A stretch of 64,000 nucleotides of DNA from Podospora anserina (Eukaryota): the NCBI GenBank assembly GCA_017654855.1, contig CM030337.1, positions 4,216,001 through 4,280,000 of the forward strand, given 5' to 3'. Position 1 is the stretch's first letter. Each line of letters starts with the position of its first letter. Shown here one piece after another: positions 37,475 through 50,030 of the stretch. Below the pieces are notes generated by a model that was given only the letters and a program-made list of their open reading frames with translations, was not told where the DNA came from and searched no databases. The position numbers and the translations under genes were made by a program.

Positions 37475-38091
37475 CTAACGGACGTAGACCCCCCAGATAC
37501 AAGCATCGCCAAAATTCCAGCCACACTGGAAGCGACCCACAGCGCCGATCCTTTGGAAATTATCCCCGGGGTATTGGCGGGCGAACTGGCTGATGGACTC
37601 AAGGAGGGCGCTGTGAACATCCACGTTGCCAATCCTGACGTCTGCGCCACCGTGGGCCGTGATACCGAACACGCAGGTGCCGTAGGAAGCAACCACTTTC
37701 TGGTGACCCTGGCGGATGACCCTGTTGAAGAGTGTAAGCAATGGAGCATGAACGATGCTACAAAGAAACCAGGTACGTACCACTCGCCATCTACGGCAAC
37801 GTTCCTGTAGACTTGCCAGCAATCATCGACCTTGGCTGAGTAGTCTCCAGTGGTGCCCTCATAGTCGGAAATTTGACAGGAATGGGTCTGAGCCGCGAGT
37901 TCATTGCCAGAGGAAGACCCATTGACAGAAAGGGCGGTTGTGGTGTTTCTGAAGTAGACGCCCTCGGACACCTCGGTGAACCCCTCGGCGATCAGGCTGT
38001 CTCCGGTATAGGTCTTGGCAGCAGGAGCGCAGCTGGCGGTGATGGCAAGAGCGAGGCCGAGGACGGCACGGGCCATGGTAAGAAGCTTCAT
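37475..38091 (-). CDS. Second secreted Ecp2/Hce2-like protein; exons 38091-37781 and 37721-37475
   Basis: Signal peptide, then C..S.YEGTT..SAKVDDC..GEW..VASYGTCVFGI..IGNVDV..IGAVGRFQC..WGVY. Intron 37780-37722 (GTACGT..CAG) splits the Trp codon. TATA-like TATAAAAG at ~38232 reads on the + strand only, so it is not used as evidence. Confidence 0.8.
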
Positions 38092-38935
38092 GGCGAGCTG
38101 TTATGCGTGTTGTTTTTGGAGATGGTGGTGGTTGAGGGGGGTACGGAGACAGTTGGTGATCTGTAGGTCTGTTGAGGAAACAAGATGGCAGAAGAAGGAG
38201 GGAAGGACTGCTTGAGGAGAAAATAGGGCAGTATAAAAGGGAAAAAAGAGAGCAGGGTGCCCCACAGAAAACTCGGTGCCCAAGTGATTAGAGGCTTATC
38301 ACAATGGGCAGGAGCAAGTGAAAAGTCTCTTTCGTACCTCATCTGATGAGCACTGGCCTACTGCCTCAGTTTGCTCCCACAGTGAATTCGGAAGAAAGTC
38401 TATCTGTGGAGCTCTGGAGGTGAATACCCTGAGTGAATACTCTGGCCCTTGTCTACCCGAAGAGGGTGGAACGGCGGAGGCGTCTCAGCTCCATGCTGGT
38501 GAGGTAAGTCGGTACATGGGCAACTCTGCCAAAGTCAACAACTGCACTCCCATACATCTACAATCCGTTAGTTTGACAGGAGATGGAAAAAGCCGCACAG
38601 TTTAAACTTGACTTGCAACTTTCTCTATCAATAGGCATTTGAACCCCCGAGAAGAAATTGACCGACTCTTTTCACACGCGCAAATTAACGATGCTACTGC
38701 TCTTGGTTGCTGGCTACATTCGGCCTAGGGAAAAGGCCGGCATCACACGCTAGAAGCAAAGACCAAGAAACTAATCCATATAAATAAATGGCTTGCTATC
38801 ATGTGTAGTAGTGCGTGCAGACGAGTAGCCAAGCCCCTGGAAGCAATACCCGCCCCTCCTAACAAAATGGGTATCATTGAAAACATTGATTACTCCTCCA
38901 ACCCAGCCTTTCCTCCCAATCCATTGAGTTTCAAA

Positions 38936-41117
38936 TTATGAGGATCTGACCTCCTCCTTGAGCCCGGCCTTTTCCGGTGGTGTCTGATCACCAGGGGTCC
39001 CAACAACAGCAGCCTCCTGGGCGTGAATGGTCTTGATGTGGCTCTTTCCGGTCAAATCCTTCCAGATGTACTTGCATGTCCTGGTGAGGGTGGCCCGGCT
39101 TTCCCAGACAGGGAACAAGCCGACACCAATGAAGGAGCCGAAAATCCAGATGATGCCAATCGTGACCCAACCGGTGAAGAAGGGCTTGCTGAAAATGTAT
39201 CCGCTACCGTACATGGGCATGGGCCAGAGAACCAAGAAGGCAAGGGCCTGTGAGCAATGTTAGCTTTGTTTCAAACCGGAGAGAAGGCAAGGTACATACC
39301 AAAATGACGGTGGTCCATCTACTGATCTTGCCAGCCTTGAGAAGTTTGGACTGCTCAGCCTCAAACTCGGCCTGGGTCTCCTCGTGGCCGCCGTTAACAT
39401 CCTCAAGGTCGACACCAGCCTCTTGGGCGAGATCGTGATCATCACCCCTGCGGATCTCCAACATGGACTTCCAGTCGTACTTGTCAACGCCAAAGATGGC
39501 GGTGAGAATGGCGATGAAGACGACGGGGGAAAGCAGAGCGGCGACATTGCCAGCCAACATGGGGATGTTGGAGCCAGTGCACTGGACTGTGAGCTCGCCG
39601 CACTGCTTCTTGGAGGTGACGAGCCAGGCAGTGAGCGAGGTGGCAAGGCCGAGGACGGGAGCGCCGGCGGCAGCCCACTTGTTCTGGCCAGACCAGAGCA
39701 GGGCCAGTGTTGCGGGCAGGACGGCTGACGAGATGATGACTCCCATCATGACATAGAGATAACCCATGGAGATGCCGGCATACCACAAACCAACCGAAAA
39801 AGTGGAGATGAACAAACCATAGCCAACGACGACGCAATGACTCATGTAGATCAGTCTCTTGCCGCTGGCCTCGGGCTTGAAGTAGGCGCGGTACAGATCG
39901 TAGGTGCAGATGGTGCTCACGGCAATCAGCTGACTGGAAAAGGCGCTGGTGACAGCCATGAAGACGATGAGCAGAGTAGCCATGGCACCGCCCTTGCCGA
40001 GAAGGGCAACCGCGGCGTAGGGGAGGACTAGGCCGGCGCTCACATCGGAGTCGAGCATGCGGTCAGGATAGGTGGGGAAGCGAGGGTTGTTCTCGAGGGC
40101 AAGACCGGCGAGACCCATGGTGGTGGCAGTGAGCCAGGGAATAGCGAACCAGCAGATACCGCCAATGATGTAGCCGGGAAGTGCGTGCACGGGCGAGGCA
40201 GCAATAGCCTTGTTATAGTAGCCGTTGTCAAGGAAGACGGTGCCGAAGTTGCCAACAATGTTGATGACGAAGAAGATGGCGCCCTCCCTGGACTGCATGG
40301 TCAAGTAGCTGCCCTCCTTGTTGCCGTCAACCGGGTGACGGGTGGCAGCCTCGACAAGCAGGTCGTAGACAGCGCTGGGAGAGCCCAGCAAGTCGTGAGA
40401 GGCATAGGCTGTCAGGGCAAAGATGATGATGATGAGCAGCAAGATGAAGGTGTGTGCCCAATCAGTCAAGATGGTAGCCTTCAACCCACCAACCATGGTG
40501 TAGGCAATGACACCGAGTGGCAGGAGGTAAATGGCAGCAATGGTGTGCATCCCGGTCAAGGCGTTGAGGGTGGCTGAGCCACCGACAATCAGCATGAGCG
40601 AGACCAAAATGTTGGTTATCACGCCAAAGACCATGAATACCAAGTGTGCCACAGTTCCGTATCGGGCCTTGATGACCTCGAGATAGGTGTGTGCGTTGGG
40701 GGCGCGGCGTTTGAGTTCGATGGCGAGAGTAGCGAAGAGAATGATCTGGACAGTAGCGCCCGAGGCATACCAAAAGGGACCCGAGACACCATAGCGATAA
40801 CAAACACCGGTGGACTGAAGAAGGGTAGCGGCCCAAGTCCACGAAGAGACGACGGCAGCGGCGACGAGACCGGACTTGACAGTACGGCCAGCTGTGTTGA
40901 ACATTTCAGATGTCTGAAGTTCCCTGTTGTACCTCTTCAGGATGAAGGTTGTGGCGATCATGCCTGGCTAGGGTTAGCACATGTCCATCATCTGGAGTGT
41001 CTCAGAACACGTACCAATGGCAAAGGCACCTCCCAGGCCCAGCACGACACCATAGCCGGCGCCCTGGCCGAGCGTGGCATTGGCGATGTGCTCTTGATCG
41101 GCGGGAGCGTGATCCAT
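38936..41117 (-). CDS. DUR3: Urea active transporter (sodium:solute symporter family); exons 41117-41015, 40963-39300, 39247-38936
   Basis: LGQGAGYGVVLG, SEMFNTAGRTVKSGL, VSSWTWAATLLQS, ELKRRAPNAHT, NFGTVFLDNGY and LWPMPMYGSGYIFSKPFF. Both introns are canonical and frame-restoring. Confidence 0.95.
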
Positions 41118-41659
41118 CTTGTCTGAGAGCTGGCGGGAAGCAACAGACAGAGGGGTGGGTTAGGTGTGATGGTGATCCTGGAGGGAGAAGCAAGTTGACA
41201 TGAGGCGTCGGGGACACGGCATAGATATAGAGTCTGGAGATGGCTGCGGTGCGATGCCGGGGACATGGCTCCCGGCCGGCTTCGCAGACAGACGTCGAAT
41301 CACAGCTTCACATTCTGCTATCAGCACTGGCAGGATCTTTGGAACAGATGCTGGGGAAAAATGGGCCTTGCCGGGCACAAGCAAGAACGAAGCTCTGGGA
41401 GGTGGGTGCCAAGGGTATCAATTCGCGAGCTGTGGGGGGTCTGCCGGACGTTCTGTGGGTGCATGCAGGGTCGGTGGCGCACCGCAAGCGACCGGTATCG
41501 AGAAAGCAACCCGGCCCTTCGCGAGCTGTCTCCTTGGTAGGCTGTGAATTCCGAGGTGGGCTCGGGAGCCAGGCCGTCCATACCCACTCTGGCCGCACCA
41601 CCCAAAGTCTGGGCTGTAGAGCGACTACCGGCGCCACGAGGATTGCCGTGCAGGGCCAG

Positions 41660-43196
41660 AGATAAGGCATTCAATCAGTAATAGCTGTTTGAGCTTGTCC
41701 CTGGCGATGCTGACTGTATGCGGGGGCCAATCAGTTGACTGCGAGGTAGTTTTGGTATAGCTTAACAACCCAAGGTCCCTGGGGTCTCATATCAATCAAT
41801 TCAAGACAGCAGCCCGAGACAGCACCAAGCAAACAGAAAGACTTGCCGAATAGCTCCCGCTGGCGTCCATGATGGAGTCTCGACTTGTGACGGGAGCTTG
41901 TGGTGTGGACCAGGAACGGTCCCAATTGGGATATTGCATTTGGTGAAGGCGGTTGCAAATCAAGGAGCTGGAGATAAGAGAGCCGACTCCAGGCTGGCCA
42001 ATCGTGCAGTGCCACCACCTTAACGTTGCCAGTGGGCACTCGACGATCCCTCATGGAGATAACGGCGGGTCCACCTTCGCTTGGCGCTAGCATCGTTGAT
42101 TGCGGCAGCGGTGCTGATTGGTCGATTGTGATTTCCTCTGTCATTCTCACCAGGAGACACATGGGGATCTCGATATCAGACATGGGGCACATTGTCATCT
42201 GGTGTCTCCGGAGAAGTCTGATCTGCTTTGGAGACGAGAAAATGACTGATGGAAACGGCTTTAGCTCTGCTGAGCTCTGCCGTTGCAGTGAAGATATCTC
42301 GATTCCCGACATGAGCCAACACTCATTGCGAGGCGCGGGTCTTCTTCACCTAGACGCAGAGATACGGCCATGAAAATGGCGGTTTCTAGACCCCAGGTTT
42401 TTGCGTACCGGATTCCCATGGTCTTGATAGGCGTTTTTCTGCCCTCACAATTGGCTGCTCGGTGGCACAGCTGGTGGGTGAGGCGTCGACGAGCTGGGAG
42501 TCTGGGATGGGTCACAGTTCACGAAACGCGGTGCCCCGCGTTCGCCCCATGTGGGGGTCTGCTGCATCGTGGGGAACCATGACACCCTCCCACAATATTA
42601 TCTACTCCAAACTTATCTCCAAAAGGCTGGATTGAGAGGTACAATCCAGATGGAGACAAGACGTTGGGAAATGCAACTTGCGACATCGGAACCGACTTGA
42701 TCAATTTCAATTAGCCATGTCTACCACCTTGGGTTTTTATTCTTATCTTATCCGTTAAGATGACGACAGACCAAGAGAGATAAGCAGCACGTCAACCATT
42801 CTTAATTTCTCTTACTTTTTCTCGCGACATCAGCAAGCTCTCTCAAGATCAATGGGACACTGAAATCACTACTTTTTGCTTTGTTCTTTCCCCCTGGCCC
42901 GCGGCTCGAAGAGTTCATACAAACCATCCCACCCCACCTGTCAAAGCTGAGCTTCTGGGGAGCTCCTGGCAGCTTGGACTTCGGATATTTTAGGGCGCGG
43001 GAGCAACCGAGCGCACAGGCCAGTTGCTGTTTCTCGGGCCGCCCAATCGGGTACTGAGTGCCAAGATCGATGGATTGCCAGCGCTTCAGCTGAGACGCGG
43101 CGGATCGGGCAAACACCGACACTGGGAAAGGATGAATCCATCACCAGCGATCCGCTGACCACCCCGATGACGCGCCTATTGCGAGGGCTCAGATAA
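41660..43196. promoter_or_regulatory. Cluster of AGATAA/TTATCT GATA-factor (AreA/NIT2-type) sites in the DUR3 / GH3 divergent intergenic region
   Basis: AGATAA at 41660, 41972, 42057, 42778 and 43191; TTATCT at 42598, 42613 and 42743. Confidence 0.5.
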
Positions 43197-43256
43197 CATA
43201 TTTAACCCGAATTAGGTAACGGGCGAACTCCAGCCTTCCAAAGCGGCGAGCGCACG

Positions 43257-46236
43257 ATGGCCCACGACGAGAGCGCCCAAGGACTCCTCAAGGAGTCCTC
43301 CACCAGACGGTCTAGCTCCAGCGATCGCGGTGATAACGATGCTTTTGACTCCGACTCGGATCTCGACGCTACCGATTACATTGACCGCGAAGCTGCCCGC
43401 CCAACGAGACGATCGCCGACCGCTTCCTTCGAGCCAAACACAAAAGGCAAAAAAAGATGGTGCTCGTGCCTTTTCACAACGCTGGGGAGGAGAAGCAAGT
43501 GCTGTATCGGCGTGTTGGCAGGGATGGGCATTCTTTGGGTGCTTCTGACAGCAACCGGGGTGTTTGTCTACAGAAAGGCCCAAGAAGAGCCACCGTACGG
43601 ACAGTCGCCGCCCTGGTATCCCACACCGAAAGGAGGCATTGCTGCTTCCTGGGCTGATAGCTATGCCAAGGCTTCCAAGATGGTGTCGAAAATGACATTG
43701 GCGGAAAAGGTGAATGTCACCACCGGCACGGGGTGGGAGATGGGCTTGGCTGTCGGCACGAATGCCCCGGCCATTCATGTGGGCTTCCCGCAGTTGCAAC
43801 TGCAGGATGGACCCCTGGGCATCAGATTTGCAGACAACATCACCGCCTTTCCTGCTGGCATCACGGTCGGCGCGACGTGGAACAGGCAACTGATGTACGC
43901 GAGGGGCAAGGCTCATGCCATTGAGGCGCGGCAAAAGGGGATCAATGTCTTGCTTGGGCCTTGCGTGGGACCACTAGGCAGGATGCCAGCAGGTGGTCGC
44001 AACTGGGAGGGCTTTGGTGCAGACCCCTACCTTCAGGGCATTGCTGGCGCCGAGACGGTGAAGGGAATCCAGAGCGAGGGCGTCATGGCGACGATCAAGC
44101 ATTTTGTGGCCAACGAGCAGGAGCACTTCCGCCAGCCGTGGGAGTGGGGACTTCCTCATGCCATCAGCTCCAACATCGACGACCGCACCCTGCATGAGCT
44201 GTACGCCTGGCCATTTGGCGATGCCGTCAAGGCTGGTGTGGCCTCCGTCATGTGCAGTTACAATCAGGTCAACAATTCGTATGCATGCGGCAACAGCAAG
44301 CTCCTGAACGGCATCTTGAAGGACGAGTTGGGCTTCCAAGGCTTCGTGATGAGTGACTGGCTGGCCCAGCACTCTGGTGTCGGCACGGCGCTTGCTGGCT
44401 TGGATATGACAATGCCCGGTGACGGGTTGGGCTGGGCTGACGGTAAATCGCTTTGGGGTCCAGAGCTGTCCAGAGCTGTTTTGAACGGAAGTGTGCCCCT
44501 GGAGCGGCTGAACGACATGGTGACCCGTATCGTGGCCGCCTGGTACCAGCTCGGACAGGATGACGAGAAGAAGTTTCCCAGGAAGCAGCCCAGTTTCTCG
44601 TCCTGGACAGATGAAGAGAAGGGCGTGATGTCTCCAGGCAGCCCAACCGAGCAAGAGCAAGTGGTTGTCAACCAGTTTGTCAATGTGCAGGCAAATCATT
44701 CGGTCATTGCGAGGGAGGTCGCGGCTGAAGGCACGGTCCTGCTCAAGAATGAGGATCTGCTGCCCATCAGTCGTCAGGGGCTGAGTGACGAGAGGCTCAG
44801 GGCTAGAAGGGATGCTGTCGAGCGTGCCACCGGGAAGCGCAGCGAAGGAAAGTTCAAGGTAGGCATCTTTGGCGAGGATGCAGGGCCGGGCAACGGCCCA
44901 AATGCATGCAAGGACCGCGGTTGGTAAGTCTTCTCACTCGAACCATTTGCCTCGACTGTCAAGCTGACAAAGTAACAGTAACCAAGGCACGCTTGGTTCG
45001 GGCTGGGGTTCCGGTGCTGTCGAGTTCCCCTACCTTGTGTCACCTGTAGAGGCGCTGCGGAAGCAGTTTGACAAGTCCAAAGTCGAGCTCTCCGAATTTC
45101 TGGACAACAAGGCGTCTTTCGGCAAGGGCGACGGCAGTCTGAATGATCTGGAACTGTGCATCGTCTTTGCCAATGCCGATGCCGGGGAGGGTTTCACCAA
45201 ATGGGCGGATGTCAGCGGCGACCGTCCCGACCTGCGGCTTCAAAACAACGGCGACGACCTAATCGTCAAGGTTGCCTCCAGCTGTGGCGGTGGCACTGGC
45301 GATGTCGTTGTTGTCATCCACGCCGTCGGACCTGTGCTTGTGGAAGATTGGATCGACACCCCGAACGTCAAGGCTCTGTTGTTTGCCAATCTCCCCGGCC
45401 AAGAGTCTGGGAATGCTCTGGCAGAGATACTCTTTGGCGACACCAACCCATCGGGCCACCTGCCCTTCACCATCGGACGGACTCTGGAAGACTACGGCGC
45501 CGGTGGCAAGGTGCTCTATCTTCCCAACGGAGTGGTGCCTCAGCAGGACTTCAAAGAAGGACTGTACATTGACTATCGTCACTTTGACAAGTACAACATT
45601 GAGCCCAGGTTTGAGTTTGGCTTTGGGCTCAGCTACACAACCTTCAAGTTTGACAATATTGTGGTCATCCCCCAGAGGAGGAAGACGCAGTATCCCCTGC
45701 GCAGACCGAACCCCGCTGCTGAGCCTCCCAGCTACTCAACCGACATCCCCAGCAAGGAAGAGGCAATCTTTCCGCCCGAGATTCGCAGGCTGGAAAAGTA
45801 CGTCTATCCGTATCTGGACAGCACAGATGATATCGAAGTGGGCCAGTACCCTTACCCTGACGGGTATGATCAGCAGCCACCCCTGAGCGAGGCTGGCGGT
45901 GACGAGGGTGGGAACCCCGACCTGTGGTCAAACTATGTTGTTGTGAATGTCGACGTGATCAATGACGGGCCGGTTGCGGGAGCGGCGGTGCCGCAGCTGT
46001 ATCTGCAATACCCAGAAACCGAATCGGAAACGGACTTTCCCGTTCGCGTGCTGAGAGGCTTTGACAAGGTCTACCTCAAGCCTGGGGAGAAGAAGACGGT
46101 CAAGTTCAACCTTACGAGGCGAGACCTGAGTTATTGGGATGTCGTGGCTCAGAATTGGGTCATGGTGACGGAGGGGCCGTACGAGTTTTCGGTCGGGTTG
46201 AGTTCACGAGATCTGTCCATCAGCGGGATTTGGTAA
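43257..46236 (+). CDS. GH3 beta-glucosidase with N-terminal cytoplasmic tail and TM anchor (BglE-type); exons 43257-44923 and 44979-46236
   Basis: MTLAEKVN, QDGPLGIR, GGRNWEGF, IKHFVANEQE, nucleophile motif GFVMSDW, GLYIDYRHFD, FGFGLSYT and a C-terminal Fn3-like region. Intron 44924-44978 joins DRGC/NQGT. Confidence 0.95.
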
Positions 46237-46713
46237 TATCATGGTTGCATGGCCTGGAGCACAGAGTATGTAGTGGTATAGATGAGAATTGTTTGATGCA
46301 CTGTTTCCTTTCCGCTGCCGGGACCATGTCATGATCTAGAAAATCAATGCCAGGGTTAGGGCGGGCATCCGGCAGCTGCCACGACCGCCAAGACGTGAGA
46401 TCTGCGCTGGCGGCATCTGGACCCTGAAACGGGTGGAGGACTCGACCGGAGTGGCATCTCCATCTCCATCTGCCCCTTTTCATTCTTGACCCAATCCTCC
46501 ATACCGTAGTCGGTGTTCTCTCATTATCTCCAGGCGTGGGTGCATTTTCTCCTCTACACTTCACATTTATACTATTACAGCTACTCACTTGTAATCGCCC
46601 ACGCTAGTTAGTCGACCGTCCCGACCGACCGTGTTCCACGACCTGTCCCTGTCGGTCAACCCCGCACTACGATTCCCGACCCTTTGGGCAGCCCAGAGAA
46701 AACAAGAGAAAAT

Positions 46714-47151
46714 ATGTCAGGCGTCAACTCTCCCGAAGTCCTCGCCGCCTACGACTCTATCCGTTCCGACAAGGAAGAACAAAACTGGCTTCTGTTGTCG
46801 TACGGCGCGACGGGCAACAAGCTGCAGCTGACAGCCACGGGCACCGGCGGCCTTTTGGAGCTCACGGCCCAGCTCGACGACACCCAGGTGCAGTACGCAT
46901 ACGTCCGAGTGGAATACGCAAACGATGCCGAGAGCAAGAGGGTCAAGTTTGCCTTTGTGGTCTGGATTGGCGAGAACGCCAAGGTCATGAAGAAGGCGAG
47001 GGCGAGCATCGAGGCCGGCGACGTCAAGAAGGTGCTGAGCCACTACAGCGTCGAGCTGACGGCCAACGACAAGGGCGACTTGAACGAGGACGAGGTTGTC
47101 AAGAGGCTGCGGAAGGCTGGAGGGGCCGACTACAACGGTGGAAGGGGATAA
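46714..47151 (+). CDS. Coactosin-like ADF-H (cofilin/tropomyosin-type actin-binding) protein
   Basis: 145-aa ORF with NWLLLSY, YAYVRVEYANDAESKRVKFAFVVWIG and LRKAGGADYN. Confidence 0.88.
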   Translation: MSGVNSPEVLAAYDSIRSDKEEQNWLLLSYGATGNKLQLTATGTGGLLELTAQLDDTQVQYAYVRVEYANDAESKRVKFAFVVWIGENAKVMKKARASIEAGDVKKVLSHYSVELTANDKGDLNEDEVVKRLRKAGGADYNGGRG

Positions 47152-47931
47152 ACCTGCTGGACGGGAAGTTGGATCATGCAATGTAGCCTTCTCGCGCTGG
47201 ATAGATGGATCGCAATTTCGGGCGGGAATCTGGAAAAGACACAAAACACCCACTTGGACAACAAGATACACGGCACCTTTCTGTCTCTCTGCGGTGACAT
47301 GGTCGGACGGAACACGCCAACTGAATCACAAGAGCTGCCACCAGAGGCTGCCACGTTGTTGTGCACTATCCCTCGGAGACGTACAGGACACGCCGGCGGT
47401 CCCGATGCTGCAGAGGGTGCATCGGCACGCTGCAGTCGATGCTATAAACGATGACATGCAGTGATCGACAGTGTCGGAAATGCTTGATTCCACGTCCACG
47501 TTCACTTCCACGTTCGATGTCCGGTATTCTGATGTTGCTGTATGCATCGCCGTTTCTTGTTGGTTACGTGGTCGGCCTGATCCGGAGCTGTGTTTCCTTC
47601 CTGTGTGTTGGTTGTATAGCCGTCTTGCTACCTCCCAAGGTAAATTGACAAATTTCATAGGGACTAGAGCGCATGCGCCTTTTTCCATCTGGAGAGCCGT
47701 AGCATCTCAGGCATCCCCAGCATTGTGGATTGGCGAGGCGTGGATCAAACATCATGACATGGAGGTGGAGCGGGTCGTGTGCCAAGCTTGATGTCTGAGG
47801 GGGAACGATTTTCCCACTTCTCCTCATGGATGGGCAGCTAGATTTCACTGCAGAGAAGCAACTCCATCAACAACTGAGAGCCATTTTCTGCATCATATCG
47901 TGACCATCCGCCCGCACTCCTCTTCACCATC

Positions 47932-48714
47932 ATGGGCCGATTCTTCATCACGGGGTCCTCAGACGGCCTCGGCGCCCGCACCGCCAACAAACTAATCTCG
48001 CAGGGACACACTGTCATCCTCCACGCCCGCAACGCTCAACGTGCCGAAGATGCACGCAAGGCTTGTCCCGGCGCAGAAACAGTTCTGATTGCCGATTTAT
48101 CGTCCATTGAAGAGACCAAGCAGCTTGCCAAAGAAGCATCGGAACTGGGGCCGTACGAGGCCGTCATCCATAACGCAGGCGTCTACACGGGCATGGAAAA
48201 GGTCCCCGGAAAGTCTGGGCTGCCGACACTGTTCACCGTCAACACACTTGCCCCTTACATCCTCACTGCTCTCATGGGACCCGGCGCGCAAAAGAGGCTG
48301 GTTTTTGTCAGCAGCGAGCTTCACGCCGGCGGTAGGCCCCGGCTGGGCGACTCCGAGGACATCAAGAAGAGCGGGTACGGCGACAGCAAGCTTCACAATA
48401 TCATCTTGGCAAAGGCGTTTGCCAGGGTCTGGCAGACAAAAGCGTATAGCGTTCACCCGGGCTGGGTTCCTACAAAGATGGGGGGCGCGAACGCGACGGG
48501 GGATATGCAACTGGCGGTCGACACGTTTGTCTGGGTGGCCACTGGCGGTCAGACGGATGGGAAAGGGGAGTATGAGGACGAGAGGTGGACCCCAGGCGGG
48601 TATTTCACCGCGTTGAGGGAGGAGGAACCGTCCAAGACTGCCAATGACCAGTCGATGCAAGAGGGGCTGCTTGCGGCGCTGGAGACAATCTCGGGGGTGA
48701 AAGTGAGCGTATAG
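47932..48714 (+). CDS. Short-chain dehydrogenase/reductase
   Basis: TGSSDGLG Rossmann motif, HNAG, catalytic YGDSK and VHPGWVPTKMGG; intronless. Confidence 0.9.
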   Translation: MGRFFITGSSDGLGARTANKLISQGHTVILHARNAQRAEDARKACPGAETVLIADLSSIEETKQLAKEASELGPYEAVIHNAGVYTGMEKVPGKSGLPTLFTVNTLAPYILTALMGPGAQKRLVFVSSELHAGGRPRLGDSEDIKKSGYGDSKLHNIILAKAFARVWQTKAYSVHPGWVPTKMGGANATGDMQLAVDTFVWVATGGQTDGKGEYEDERWTPGGYFTALREEEPSKTANDQSMQEGLLAALETISGVKVSV

Positions 48715-50030
48715 CGATAGAAGGGATGATCATTTCCCTTCTGGTGCTGAATGTAGGTAGAGATATGTTGTACATGCACCTCTAGGAATACACAAAGGAG
48801 ACATGATAGGACCGATCTAGGACGGCCCCGGGGGCGGATGGATCCCGGTGGTGCGCTGAGTGATCCGTGCGTGGAGTAAACATCTGGAACATCAGCTCCC
48901 CCATGTTCCACCCTCGGGAATGGCCGACTTTGAACTACGACTGGAGTAGCCAACCCCGTCACGCCACTGTCATGCACTCAACACCTCTGCTCTCTGTGGC
49001 TTGAATTTGATTCTTCTGCCTCATTTGCGACCTGCAGCATTACCAAGATGGACCCGGGGAACGGCTTCCCCTTCAAACACTGAAACGGAGCGGTGAGAGC
49101 GAGTGAGACGTCGAAAAAGAACTAGCTCGGCGTGCTAGGACCCTGCGTGCATCAAATTCGTTTCTTTCTTCAATGGGTAATTAAACTCTCTACTACTGCG
49201 CGGTCTGTATGTAGGGCAGGGGCGTCCCCGGGAGCTGGTTCTAGACTGGCCTGACGTTTTCCTCGGGCCGTGTCCTCGGGACACAGACACTGACATTGAC
49301 ATGGGGGTCGTGCCTTTGTTGATGCTCCTCCCTGGACCCTGGTCGTGAGTTATCGATGATGTCGTTCTTTCAGACTGGATGACCGTCAACAGAAGTACGG
49401 AGTACTGAAAGCGGCTGCCCGTCCACAGAATGCATTGTAGCACATCTTTACTACCGGACCGAGACATTGCGTCATTGTGTGCGATTCGTCTGATGCCCAA
49501 AACGAGACATCGTGACTTTTTCTCCAGCTGCTGTGTACTGTTGCGCAAAACACTGTAACCGCAACATGTCCTCCACACCTTCATGCCGCAATTGGTTTGG
49601 TTTCTTTCGACGGCAGCGTGTGAACAGTGAGCCCTCAGCCCAGATCACCCGACCCGTCCCGATCACCAAATGGTCCCTTCTTTCAGCTTGCGCCCGTCGC
49701 ATATATGAGCTGCTGACCATACCCTTTCCAAATCTCTGGACCGTTTGGCTAACGCAGGGGGCACAGTCGACCTCTTTTCGTGCGGTTCATGCAACAATAA
49801 TACCACCAGGCCAACCAGCCCCTTTCAGATTTTACGGCACTGTCGACCCTTGGCATCAGTTGGCTTACTTTGCTCGCCTTGCCTCAACTCGGAATCGTCC
49901 CTTACCCCAGCCGGGCCAACGATCCGAGAGCCCTTGAACACAATATTCATCCCATTTTTATTTATTAAATACCATCCTCCATCTGTTCCACTCACCTCCC
50001 CACACTTTGTTCACTCCAAAAAAAATCAAA

